From positions 32,001-96,000 of the IMG/VR virus record IMGVR_UViG_3300023202_000205: a stretch of DNA of 64,000 bases. One strand, given 5' to 3'. Position 1 is the stretch's first letter; each line of letters opens with the position of its first letter. A program made the translations under genes and the position numbers. The notes beneath the pieces are model-generated. The model was not told the origin of the DNA, did no database searches, and was given only the letters and a program-made list of their open reading frames with translations. Shown one piece after another: positions 9,375 through 17,600 of this stretch. The DNA comes from a virus.

Positions 9375-10103
9375 CTAATCACGTAAGCCAGCTTGTGTAG
9401 CCGCCTGCGCCACTTCTGGCCAGATACGCTCGCACAACTCCCACATGATTGGATGCTCGTTAATCAGGCTTCGATAGAAGTCGTCTTCCAAACACCTGTG
9501 AAAGCGTTCATGAGCAACCGCTCTCAAGTCTTTACCTGGCTTATCCAGACCATCCCAGGTAGACCCGCCGCCATCCCTAGGAACTCCTTCCAGGCCGTCC
9601 TTACTGTACTCTAGCCCCAGCTTCTCCGCGATAGCCCGCCTATACTCCTCCGAGGCGCACCAGCTATTGTAATCGACACAGATCTTACGAGGGAGAAAGC
9701 TGGTAAGGTCAAGATACTCCATGGCATGGCTGATCCAGCAAAGCTGGAACGCTGTTCGATCCCGCTGAAGCTTTGGCCTCTGGTCCTTTGTCATGGAAGC
9801 TTTACTGGCGAACAAGTTGATTGGGTCGCGCAAGAGTAGGATATGTTTGGCTGCAGGGTTTGGGCACTTATGCCTGGACTCATGGGCCGGGATATCCTGC
9901 CTGCCATAAATCAACGGCGCCTCGATATGATCGGGGGCGTCCCTGGAATGGGTGAATACCCCTTCTGGAGAGATGTAGCCATTCGCCGAAGCTGAGTTCT
10001 CATTCGCGTAGAACGCTCCCTCGGGAAGCATAGCACCTATCCACTGCGCCATGACGTGAGAGCCACTGCGGCGAACGGTATGTATTGCGTAAGTCTCTGA
10101 CAT
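9375..10103 (-). CDS. Sulfotransferase-family protein
   Basis: 5'-PSB-like motif IHTVRRSGSHVM, 3'-PB-like motif LLLRDPINLFAS, and 'VDYNSW......R..I...LGL'. Confidence 0.75.
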   Translation of the reverse strand: MSETYAIHTVRRSGSHVMAQWIGAMLPEGAFYANENSASANGYISPEGVFTHSRDAPDHIEAPLIYGRQDIPAHESRHKCPNPAAKHILLLRDPINLFASKASMTKDQRPKLQRDRTAFQLCWISHAMEYLDLTSFLPRKICVDYNSWCASEEYRRAIAEKLGLEYSKDGLEGVPRDGGGSTWDGLDKPGKDLRAVAHERFHRCLEDDFYRSLINEHPIMWELCERIWPEVAQAATQAGLRD

Positions 10104-10149
10104 AGCTTATTCCTATCGTGGTTCGTAAATCTCTGGGTGGCTTACGCCG

Positions 10150-10929
10150 CTAACGCTGGTGGCACAGATATTCTCTTGCTCGGCTAAACAGTTCAGCATC
10201 GTCCGAGAAATAGGAAAGTCCCATATTGCAAGTATGGCACAAAAGCCCTCGCACACGCTGTGAGTGGTGATCGTGGTCAACACAGAGTTGTTGCTTGCCG
10301 TGGTTCCGCGCATGCTGAGCCGCTGCTCCACAGATAGCACAAACCCTGCCCTGTTTTTCCATGAGAGCCTCAAAGTCATCTATCGTAATCCCATAAATAC
10401 GTCTCAGTTTCGTATCAGCACGCTCACGCTCCGGCTTTGGTTGAGGCCCCAATCCCCGCAAGGTAACCCCGTTACTAAGCAACCTGGTACGCACGGTACT
10501 TGAGGACACGCGAAAATGAGCGGCAAGAGCCTCCAGGGTCTCCCCAGCCTCGTAGCGTGACGTCAATTCCGGGAGGTCTATAGAATACACTGCTTTAGAA
10601 CGAGCGTTGCGATTCCACTTCGTTCGAAGCTCTACTCCATTACTACGGAGAACACCTTTGATGGTTGCTACGTCATGGCCGTAGTCTCGTTTAAGAGACA
10701 CCAAGGATTCCCCTGCTTGATAACGGGATACCATATCCTCGAGTTGATCTTTGGAGAAATGAACCCGACGGGGCAGAGGTGTCGTTGGCAAACCTCTCTT
10801 ACGAAGAAACCGACGTAAAGTCGTGTGAGTGACGTCTAGTTCCTGGGCGATTTTCTTGAAGGGCCATCCCTGTTCTCTCAAATCTCGTATAATCTCTAAG
10901 TGATCGTCATTCAACTTTTCTTTGGCCAT
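10150..10929 (-). CDS. Endonuclease VII-type (HNH/Zn) homing-like endonuclease with tandem N-terminal HTH domains
   Basis: YGIT.DDFEAL...Q...CAICG...LCVDHDH....VRGLLCHTCNMGL..F.D is the EndoVII signature, preceded by three HTH-like repeats. Confidence 0.85.
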   Translation of the reverse strand: MAKEKLNDDHLEIIRDLREQGWPFKKIAQELDVTHTTLRRFLRKRGLPTTPLPRRVHFSKDQLEDMVSRYQAGESLVSLKRDYGHDVATIKGVLRSNGVELRTKWNRNARSKAVYSIDLPELTSRYEAGETLEALAAHFRVSSSTVRTRLLSNGVTLRGLGPQPKPERERADTKLRRIYGITIDDFEALMEKQGRVCAICGAAAQHARNHGKQQLCVDHDHHSQRVRGLLCHTCNMGLSYFSDDAELFSRAREYLCHQR

Positions 10930-10964
10930 GTACGTGGTTTTACAGCTACCTGGAGTAAGGCAAC

Positions 10965-10993
10965 AAAAACCCCTGGCTTACAGCCAGGGGTTT
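10965..10993 (-). terminator. Rho-independent terminator
   Basis: Minus strand aaacccctggct-gta-agccaggggttt followed by ttg, downstream of the 11048 stop. Confidence 0.7.
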
Positions 10994-11047
10994 CGCCGAG
11001 AGACAACCCTTACCATTCAGGGTCGGCTACGTTCAGCATAGAAGATG

Positions 11048-12064
11048 CTACGTTAAAAGCCAGGTGATCTTGCCCAGATCGTAACAGCGTTTGTACCCCA
11101 GGATTCTCGCCAACTCAAATTCCGTATGCTCATCGTTAAAAGCGATTCCTGCCTCTTCCGCCTCCCTATGTAGGTACTTCTTTTGCTTGGAATTCTTGGC
11201 GTACCAACGGCCATCCCGCCAGTAACGGTAATCAGGCCTGTTGAGACCCTGCTGGGTGAAGCCCAGGATTTCATAGAGGTTGCCGGAGGGCGCGTAACGC
11301 TCGTCAGAGTAACTCACTACGGGGCCTGGGTTCACTGAACGGAAGGCTGCCAGGAGTTTGGAAGCGCCACCAGGTATGACGTATTTCGTAGCGTATCGCT
11401 GGAGAAGACGATCACCGCTATCACCCCGACAAGCGCTGCCTTTGTTGAAGCTCATACAGGCAACTAGTTCCCGCTCATACACCAGCGCGAGATGGTCGGT
11501 GCCCGTGCAAGTCCCCTGCAGATGATACCTCTTGTAGAAGTCGTTAGCTTGCTCTCTGTCGATGACTTCAATAGAGCACTTACGTGCGTGTATCTTGTCT
11601 TCTCGAGCAGAGATGCGGTGATCGACCATGTTCTTAAGAGCCGGGCTATCCAGTTCGTCCTTCCACAGCAGAAGATGGTCATAGCCCAGCAAGTTGATGT
11701 GCCTACGGAACTGGACCAGCCAATTCACAGCTTGGGCGTGTGATTGGTTATAACGAGACATGATAGCCTCAACATGCCACTTCTCCGGATCTACCGCGAT
11801 GACTACCAAGCGGTCTTTTACGCCGAGTACCTCCGGCATATAAGGAAGCGGGATATCCCGAGGTGTCTTTGTAAGGCCAAGCCTTCTTGGAATGTTCTTC
11901 GGTCTCGCAGTCCGTACACGGTTACGCTTGAGCAGTTTGTAGATACCCATATTCGTCATACCGGCTTCTTCGGCCAAGACGCGTACGGGGGTTCCGTTTT
12001 CGTAGCGCGCGCAAACGCGCATTTCTTCTTTCGAGGCAAGCTTACGGGGTCTTGTTTGAAGCAT
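11048..12064 (-). CDS. Hef-like homing endonuclease with N-terminal HTH
   Basis: KIHARKCSI..I....ANDFY..YHLQG...LALVY..ELVACMSF...RYATK..IPGGASKLL.AF......VSYSD.RY..GNLY..LGF matches the Hef-like family as I recall it. Likely start ATG 12064. Confidence 0.75.
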   Translation of the reverse strand: MLQTRPRKLASKEEMRVCARYENGTPVRVLAEEAGMTNMGIYKLLKRNRVRTARPKNIPRRLGLTKTPRDIPLPYMPEVLGVKDRLVVIAVDPEKWHVEAIMSRYNQSHAQAVNWLVQFRRHINLLGYDHLLLWKDELDSPALKNMVDHRISAREDKIHARKCSIEVIDREQANDFYKRYHLQGTCTGTDHLALVYERELVACMSFNKGSACRGDSGDRLLQRYATKYVIPGGASKLLAAFRSVNPGPVVSYSDERYAPSGNLYEILGFTQQGLNRPDYRYWRDGRWYAKNSKQKKYLHREAEEAGIAFNDEHTEFELARILGYKRCYDLGKITWLLT

Positions 12065-12077
12065 GGGCTCTGCTTTC

Positions 12078-12458
12078 CTAAATGTGGCAACTCGTAGACG
12101 TTGCCAGTGATTGGGTTCCTGTTTCACCCAGGCCGGTATCGTCTTGGCATAAGCCAGGACCAGAGCCCGCCTGTCCACAGGCGTCGATTCCCCTGAAGCC
12201 CAAGGTACGAAGGTTTTGAGCGGCGTTGACATCGCGATCTTCGGTATGTCCGCAGTCACACTTGAAGGCTCGATCTGACCTGGAAAGTTTACCTCTTGGT
12301 ATTCTGTAGGTTTCTAAGAGTTTACTCTTCTTCAAATGATAAACTATAGCGCCCTCTGTTACCTGGTGTTTTTCAGCCAACTCCGCCCTGCTAACTCCCT
12401 CCTTATACAGCTTGCAGCTGTCTGCTATCTGATTTTTAGAAAGTTTATGTGACGTCAT
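12078..12458 (-). pseudogene. tnpB: HTH domain fused to the C-terminal fragment of an IS200/IS605 TnpB
   Basis: L...DRAFKCDCGHTEDRDVNAAQNL..LG.RG..ACG is the TnpB Zn-ribbon/RuvC-III tail. RuvC-I/II are absent and replaced by an HTH (MTSHKLS...GVSRAELAEKHQVTEGAIVYHLKK). Confidence 0.75.
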
Positions 12459-12491
12459 ACCACAACTATACAAAACAAAGCAGATGCACAA

Positions 12492-12529
12492 TTAAAAGAT
12501 CCCCCAACCCTTTCAGGATGGGGGATCTT
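12492..12529 (-). terminator. Rho-independent terminator after the major capsid gene
   Basis: Minus strand aagatccccca-tcctgaaagggt-tgggggatctt followed by ttaa, about 25 nt after the MCP stop. Confidence 0.75.
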
Positions 12530-12553
12530 CGTAAACCGCTTATCTAGCTAGGT

Positions 12554-13492
12554 TTAGCTGGTACTGATACGAGCCTTCGCGATCGAAGCGGGGTTGCCGA
12601 TGGTGGCACCACGCTCAGTGTAAGCGAAGAACTCCAGGTTGTACGCTCTCTTATCCATGAAGAGGGTCACATCTTCCAGGATGAACGACTTGCCGATGAA
12701 CTCGGGCGAGGAGAACAACCAGAAGGTGTCATTCTCGACAAGCTCGGTCTTGCTGGTCACGACCCAATTCATTCCCAACAGCCGTTTCTGCTGGAAACCC
12801 TCGACGAACATGCTCTCGGAGAGGTCGCCACCAACCTCGTCGCGGCCGAACTTGGCCACGTCGTGGATGGTGATGTTGTTGACCAGGATGGTCACGCTCT
12901 CCAGATGAGCAAAGGTCTCGGGCAGGATCTTACGCATCTCGAAGAGCGAGTTGCGAGTGATACCGAGCGAGTCGATGATGTTCCGGTTCTGGATGACACC
13001 AGTCTCGGCCACGGTCGAACCTTCCGCACCAACGATCGTCTGCGCTGCAGCGATCATCTTGCGGTCGAACTCGAAGTCCATGTCGAGAATAGCGTTATCC
13101 GAGATCACCTGGCGGATGTCCATCCCGTAGGTTCGGAGCTCAGACACATCCTTGGTGAACTTCGGAGTGACGATCCGGTCGAAGAAGACCGGATAGCGAT
13201 CACCACGGAAGTAGTACTGGATGGGCTGAGTACCGAGCGGAATAGTGATAGCCGCCGGGCTAGCCGCTTCACGCTCGACGAGCTTGACGTTCTTGTCGGT
13301 GCCGAGCTGAGGTGTCAGCTCGTCATCGGCGAGCTTCACGCCAGGCAGCACCTTCTCGAACACCGAAGACTCGCGAATGCGAATTCGGGTGAAGTCGGTC
13401 ACCATGTCCTGGGCTTCCTTGACCTGCCCGGCATCGAGCAAGCCAAAGAAGGCCTTATTGGACTGGGCCGCACTGAGCTTCTGTTGAGTCAT
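12554..13492 (-). CDS. Major capsid protein (HK97 fold)
   Basis: About 312 aa from ATG 13492 (SD GAGG). It follows protease, scaffold and decoration genes and is followed by a terminator. Segments 'RIRESSVFEKVLP', 'IVTPKFTKDVSELRTY.MDIRQ' and 'FFAYTERGATIGN' fit an HK97-type MCP. Confidence 0.85.
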   Translation of the reverse strand: MTQQKLSAAQSNKAFFGLLDAGQVKEAQDMVTDFTRIRIRESSVFEKVLPGVKLADDELTPQLGTDKNVKLVEREAASPAAITIPLGTQPIQYYFRGDRYPVFFDRIVTPKFTKDVSELRTYGMDIRQVISDNAILDMDFEFDRKMIAAAQTIVGAEGSTVAETGVIQNRNIIDSLGITRNSLFEMRKILPETFAHLESVTILVNNITIHDVAKFGRDEVGGDLSESMFVEGFQQKRLLGMNWVVTSKTELVENDTFWLFSSPEFIGKSFILEDVTLFMDKRAYNLEFFAYTERGATIGNPASIAKARISTS

Positions 13493-13519
13493 TTTATTGG
13501 TTCCTCTCAAATCTCAGAA

Positions 13520-14299
13520 TCAGGACAGCGGCGCGACGTCACGAGCGTCGCTCACCAGAGCGCCGCCATCGAGACGAACAGCGGTAGTGCCGGCCGTGAA
13601 GGTCGGGGTGAAAGCCAGGGTCAGGAATCCCTCAGGACCCATGAAGACCGCAGCCGGAGAGACGATGCCAACCACCGTATCGGTAGCGGCCTGCTGGGGC
13701 ACCAGAAGGCCAACAGCCGCCGGAGTATCGGTGGAAGTAGCACCCGAACCCGTAGCGACCGCAGTCAGCAAAGTGCCTGGGGTGTAGTCACCAATGGCGA
13801 CACCAGTGGTTCCCACGCCCGCGTTGAAGCTGTTCTGAGTGTTGTCCATCGCGAAAGCGGTGGTGCTCAGCTCAGCAGCGGCGATGTGTTGGATGGTCGC
13901 GAAACCACCAGCAACGTTGTCACCGATACCACGGTTGGCGATGCCCGGCCAGCCCGGCGAACCAGGACCACCGATACCCTCGATGGAGTCACCGTCGACG
14001 GTCTCGTCGGCAGGCTTATCGAGGAAACCTGGCATGCCGCGATCACGCTGCACGTCAGGAGCGTTGTTCACGTCGAGGCCGGACCACCCGTAGTAGGGGA
14101 CCTGACCTTGGTTGGTGATACCAACCGTCAGAGAGCCGTTGGTGGCAATGGTGTAAACCTTACCAGCGGTGGCTTCATCGGCGACATTGACTCGGCCGAT
14201 GAGACCGCTGTCAAGAGCGCCATTGTAGTAGGGGAGGGTGTTCCGGTCGCCATAGCGGACGTCCAGCTTGAACTGCCCCATTGAGGACTGCAGGACCAT
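13520..14299 (-). CDS. Head decoration / cement protein
   Basis: G/T/A-rich beta protein directly upstream of MCP, with 'YTPGTLLTA...G.L' and 'VVGIVS'. Call is positional. Confidence 0.6.
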   Translation of the reverse strand: MVLQSSMGQFKLDVRYGDRNTLPYYNGALDSGLIGRVNVADEATAGKVYTIATNGSLTVGITNQGQVPYYGWSGLDVNNAPDVQRDRGMPGFLDKPADETVDGDSIEGIGGPGSPGWPGIANRGIGDNVAGGFATIQHIAAAELSTTAFAMDNTQNSFNAGVGTTGVAIGDYTPGTLLTAVATGSGATSTDTPAAVGLLVPQQAATDTVVGIVSPAAVFMGPEGFLTLAFTPTFTAGTTAVRLDGGALVSDARDVAPLS

Positions 14300-14351
14300 A
14301 ATTTACTTCCTTTCGTAATTCGGGTCTGCGAACGAAGAGGCTGAACGTCGA

Positions 14352-14792
14352 TCAGCCAAGGTGGAGACGCTGGAGAGCCGCACGAGCGTGCTTCTCCCAG
14401 GCGCCATCCGAGGTTTCCTGTTCAGGAGTTTGGCTGTCGTGAACGACCTGAGCCCGCTTCGGAGCCCCAGAATGCTTAGCAAGCTGGGCCATCTTGGCGA
14501 GAGCCACTTTGTGATCTCCCAGGATCTGAGAGGCGAAGACGTCCGCCTGCTCCTGAGTACTGAGAAGGTTGGATTCCAGGAGCGCGGCAGCTGCGGTTTT
14601 CGCCATAGGCGCCAACTCAGCCTTCACAGACTCCTGAGCCGCAGCGGTCTTGGTATGCTCTGCAGCAGCCTTCTGAGCCTGGGCCAGCTTCTTCTGGGTG
14701 TCTTCCAGGACGCCCGCTGCTGACTCCAGGGCATCAGCCTGTTTGTCCAGGTTGTCTGCCGCCTGCTTGAGCTGCTTGTAGGTAGTGGTCAT
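14352..14792 (-). CDS. Scaffold-like coiled-coil protein (K-x-A rich)
   Basis: 146-aa helical A/K/Q-rich ORF with nine K-x-A motifs (KQAA, KQAD, KLAQ, KAAA, KTAA x2, KMAQ, KRAQ, KHAR). Confidence 0.6.
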   Translation of the reverse strand: MTTTYKQLKQAADNLDKQADALESAAGVLEDTQKKLAQAQKAAAEHTKTAAAQESVKAELAPMAKTAAAALLESNLLSTQEQADVFASQILGDHKVALAKMAQLAKHSGAPKRAQVVHDSQTPEQETSDGAWEKHARAALQRLHLG

Positions 14793-14822
14793 GTTGACTT
14801 CCTCTATTGCAACAAGTTACGG

Positions 14823-16253
14823 TCACCGCCGAAGGGCTGCAACCTTCTCTAGGATGAGGGTACGATAGCGACGCTCAGGGGCCACACCGGCCGTCTTCAG
14901 CGCTTTGGCGACCTTGCCGATTTCGGCACCAGCCTCCGGGGGAAGTGGGGCAGACATCAGCTGGGCCAGGGCCGCTTCATCGAGCCCAAGCTCACCACCG
15001 ACGGCGCCAAGGGCAGCCTCCTCTTCCGGGCTAGCGGGGGTCAGTTCGTCTTCGAGCGAGCCCTCGGCCTGGGCCTCTTCAGAGACTTCTCCGCCGTTCT
15101 CGTCGTCGTAGGAGCCTTCCCCCATCACGCCTTCGTCCTCTTCGTAGGACATATCGCCTTTTTCGTCACCCTCACCGCTGGCTTCTGCGGGCGGCATTCC
15201 GCCCTCTTCACCATTTTCGTAGGACATTTCCTTATGTTTGGCTTCTTCCTCATAGGACTCTTCACCCTCGGGCATGGCCTTCTTGGTGTTGGAGTCGTTG
15301 AGCTTGCCATCATCCTTCAGATCTTCTTTGTTCTGCTCGAACTTGCTGGACTGGCCTTTATCGTCCTTGCCTTCACCCTCGTCACCCTTGTCCTCGTCCT
15401 TGTCGGACATCTCCTCAGCGAGCTTCATAGCGAACTGGTAGCCCGCCTGGATCTCCGCCGGATAAAAGGACGCGAGCTTCTTGAGGTACTCAGGATGATC
15501 CGGGTCGATATCGGCAGCAGCCAGCTTGGCTTCCATCATATCGTTCTGAGGGACCGCATTGACCGCTTCAGCAGCAGCATCGATCTCCCCAGGCTGGACG
15601 GCGCCGGCCGAAGAAGCCTCTTGCAGAATAGCGTTGGCCTCCTCATCACCGATCGCGCCGCTCTCGATCTGCTCCATCAGGGAGCTAGCAGCGGCGTCCG
15701 CCAGGTCCGCGTCATCCATCGCCTGGGCGTGCTTGCGTAGCTCTTCGTTGTCGGTCGCACGAGCACACTTGGCCAAGAAACGGTCCAGGGGGCTCAGGGA
15801 CGCCTCCGCCAGTTTGCGGAGCTCAGCGGCCTGCTTGCGAAGCTCGGCGGCAGCGCCCTTGAAGGCACCGCTATCCCAGCCGTCATTCTTGGGCATCTGG
15901 CTGGTCTCTTCGCCGTTGTCGGCCTTGCCAACCCCACCCGAGGCCATCTCAGAGCCCTTGGTACCCTCCTGGCCATCAGCATCGACCGCTGTCGCCTCGT
16001 CGCTCGACATATCCACCGATTCCCCAGTGGGGTTTTCGGAAGCATTCGTGTCGACCGAGGGATCGGCGTACTGCTCCTTCTGGGCCTTGATCTGAGCGGC
16101 GGCCTGCTCACCAGTGGTGGCTGGCGACTCACCGTCATCAGCATTGTCGAGCTTCGAACTGACATCGCCCGCCTCCTTCACGGCAGCCGTCTTGCTGGCG
16201 GAAGCCTTTTTGATGAGGGCATCGAGGTCATCGAGAATGCGCTTGGTTGTCAT
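14823..16253 (-). CDS. Acidic scaffold / internal core protein (K-x-A rich)
   Basis: 476-aa highly acidic ORF between protease and MCP with about 15 K-x-A motifs. Confidence 0.65.
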   Translation of the reverse strand: MTTKRILDDLDALIKKASASKTAAVKEAGDVSSKLDNADDGESPATTGEQAAAQIKAQKEQYADPSVDTNASENPTGESVDMSSDEATAVDADGQEGTKGSEMASGGVGKADNGEETSQMPKNDGWDSGAFKGAAAELRKQAAELRKLAEASLSPLDRFLAKCARATDNEELRKHAQAMDDADLADAAASSLMEQIESGAIGDEEANAILQEASSAGAVQPGEIDAAAEAVNAVPQNDMMEAKLAAADIDPDHPEYLKKLASFYPAEIQAGYQFAMKLAEEMSDKDEDKGDEGEGKDDKGQSSKFEQNKEDLKDDGKLNDSNTKKAMPEGEESYEEEAKHKEMSYENGEEGGMPPAEASGEGDEKGDMSYEEDEGVMGEGSYDDENGGEVSEEAQAEGSLEDELTPASPEEEAALGAVGGELGLDEAALAQLMSAPLPPEAGAEIGKVAKALKTAGVAPERRYRTLILEKVAALRR

Positions 16254-16301
16254 AACTGTGTCCTTGACTCAAAAAGTTACGCAACAGCGAGCAACCAGCA
16301 A

Positions 16302-17600
16302 CTAGAACGTTGCTGCAACCGTCTTCAGGACGGCATGTTCCGTCTGGTGCTGTGCTGCGAAAGCCAGCTTGTAGTGGCCATAGAGAGCCGCAAAGCCACG
16401 CGCTTCGTGCTCGTCCAGGGCCTGCTTGGCAAGTTTAGGCGTTTTCATGATGGTCATCCGGATAACGCGAGCGTTAGCGGAATCGGGCTTCATAGACGTA
16501 CGAGTATCCAAATCAGCTCTTGCAGACTCGGACAAAGGGATGTAGTCACTGACTGCTGGGACCTCAAGAGCCTTGACCTCGCTGTGGTCGTCCACCAAGT
16601 CGTCAAGCGCTCCGTGCTCCTCCACCGCCTGTCCACAGCCTCCTGGCGACGGGTGTCCGATCACGCTCCCAAAGTCCTCTGGGCTGAGGAGCCAGTCATT
16701 GGCGTGAAGGAACGCCAGGAGGTGATCCATCCCGTGGATTTTGGCCTGCTTCTGCAGTTCAGTGGTGGTCTCCTCAGAGAGCTCCTCTGGGCCAGTTGCC
16801 TTGCGGAGTGTAGCAGGGACCTCTTTGTACATGGCCGCCAATGCTCTGAGGGTGGCGTACTTCGGGTCCCCAACTGCCCGGAGACCATAGATCTCAGCCA
16901 GTTCGTGACCTCCAATGACCCCGCCCCCGGCCGCAGCCACCTTCTTCAGGGTATAAGCGATGCGGTCAGCTGGTTTGAATACCAAACTGATGTCGAAGTA
17001 CTTGGGGTTCGGGTTCTGCATGTAGACCTTGCGGCCGTCAGACAGAAGCTGTCCCAGCATATTCTTGATGTGATGACAATGATCTGCTGCCGTGGGTGCT
17101 TTGTGCTGGCACACAGAGCAGACGTCGAAGTCCTGCATCGACCCCATCGAAACCGGCACGTCTTCACCCTTATCCAGGGCATCAACCTCTCGCCGGCACT
17201 TATCGTTATCCAGACCAAGGAGGAGCTGGACACGGGACATGTTTTGGTGGTGAGCCGTAGCGATCACATCACCAGCCGCCTTGAGCGGATCGTTGTTCTG
17301 GTGGTTCTTGAAGACGTTACCAAGCTCTTTGAAGGTCTTATGTGCAGTAACGTTATCCTTGCGGCTAAAACCGTCTCCATTGCGGTTTGGGCCGTAAATC
17401 TCCTCATCACCCAACGCGATTACGTGAATGACCGTCTTACCAGGGATCGGCTTGAGATCCTGAAGTACGTCATGAAACACGCCTTGGTAACTCGCGTGCT
17501 TACACAACCAGTCACCGTCCACTCCACGGCTGTAGAGAGGGACCAGCTGAGCAGCGGTTTCGCCAAAGTCGAAAGAGTTCGTGACAACCTTGGTAATCAT
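16302..17600 (-). CDS. Prohead maturation protease (HK97/herpes-type serine protease) with Zn finger
   Basis: N.NGDGF, FKNHQN (His), VSMG (Ser), CSVC...C.H insertion and DISLVFKPADRIA. It lies upstream of scaffold and MCP. Confidence 0.85.
   Translation of the reverse strand: MITKVVTNSFDFGETAAQLVPLYSRGVDGDWLCKHASYQGVFHDVLQDLKPIPGKTVIHVIALGDEEIYGPNRNGDGFSRKDNVTAHKTFKELGNVFKNHQNNDPLKAAGDVIATAHHQNMSRVQLLLGLDNDKCRREVDALDKGEDVPVSMGSMQDFDVCSVCQHKAPTAADHCHHIKNMLGQLLSDGRKVYMQNPNPKYFDISLVFKPADRIAYTLKKVAAAGGGVIGGHELAEIYGLRAVGDPKYATLRALAAMYKEVPATLRKATGPEELSEETTTELQKQAKIHGMDHLLAFLHANDWLLSPEDFGSVIGHPSPGGCGQAVEEHGALDDLVDDHSEVKALEVPAVSDYIPLSESARADLDTRTSMKPDSANARVIRMTIMKTPKLAKQALDEHEARGFAALYGHYKLAFAAQHQTEHAVLKTVAATF

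Noticed and set aside
10937-10966. Promoter for the EndoVII gene (TAAAAC 7 nt before the ATG)
   Set aside because: The -10 lacks the conserved final T and the candidate -35 boxes are at 15 or 18 nt, too weak to call.
12078-12491. Intact IS200/IS605 element or functional TnpB/Cas12-like nuclease
   Set aside because: Only the C-terminal Zn-ribbon/RuvC-III fragment is present; there is no RuvC-I/II and no tnpA.
12863-14284. 473-aa plus-strand ORF
   Set aside because: It is the antisense shadow of the capsid and decoration genes; strong codon bias on the minus strand removes stops here, and it has no recognisable motifs.
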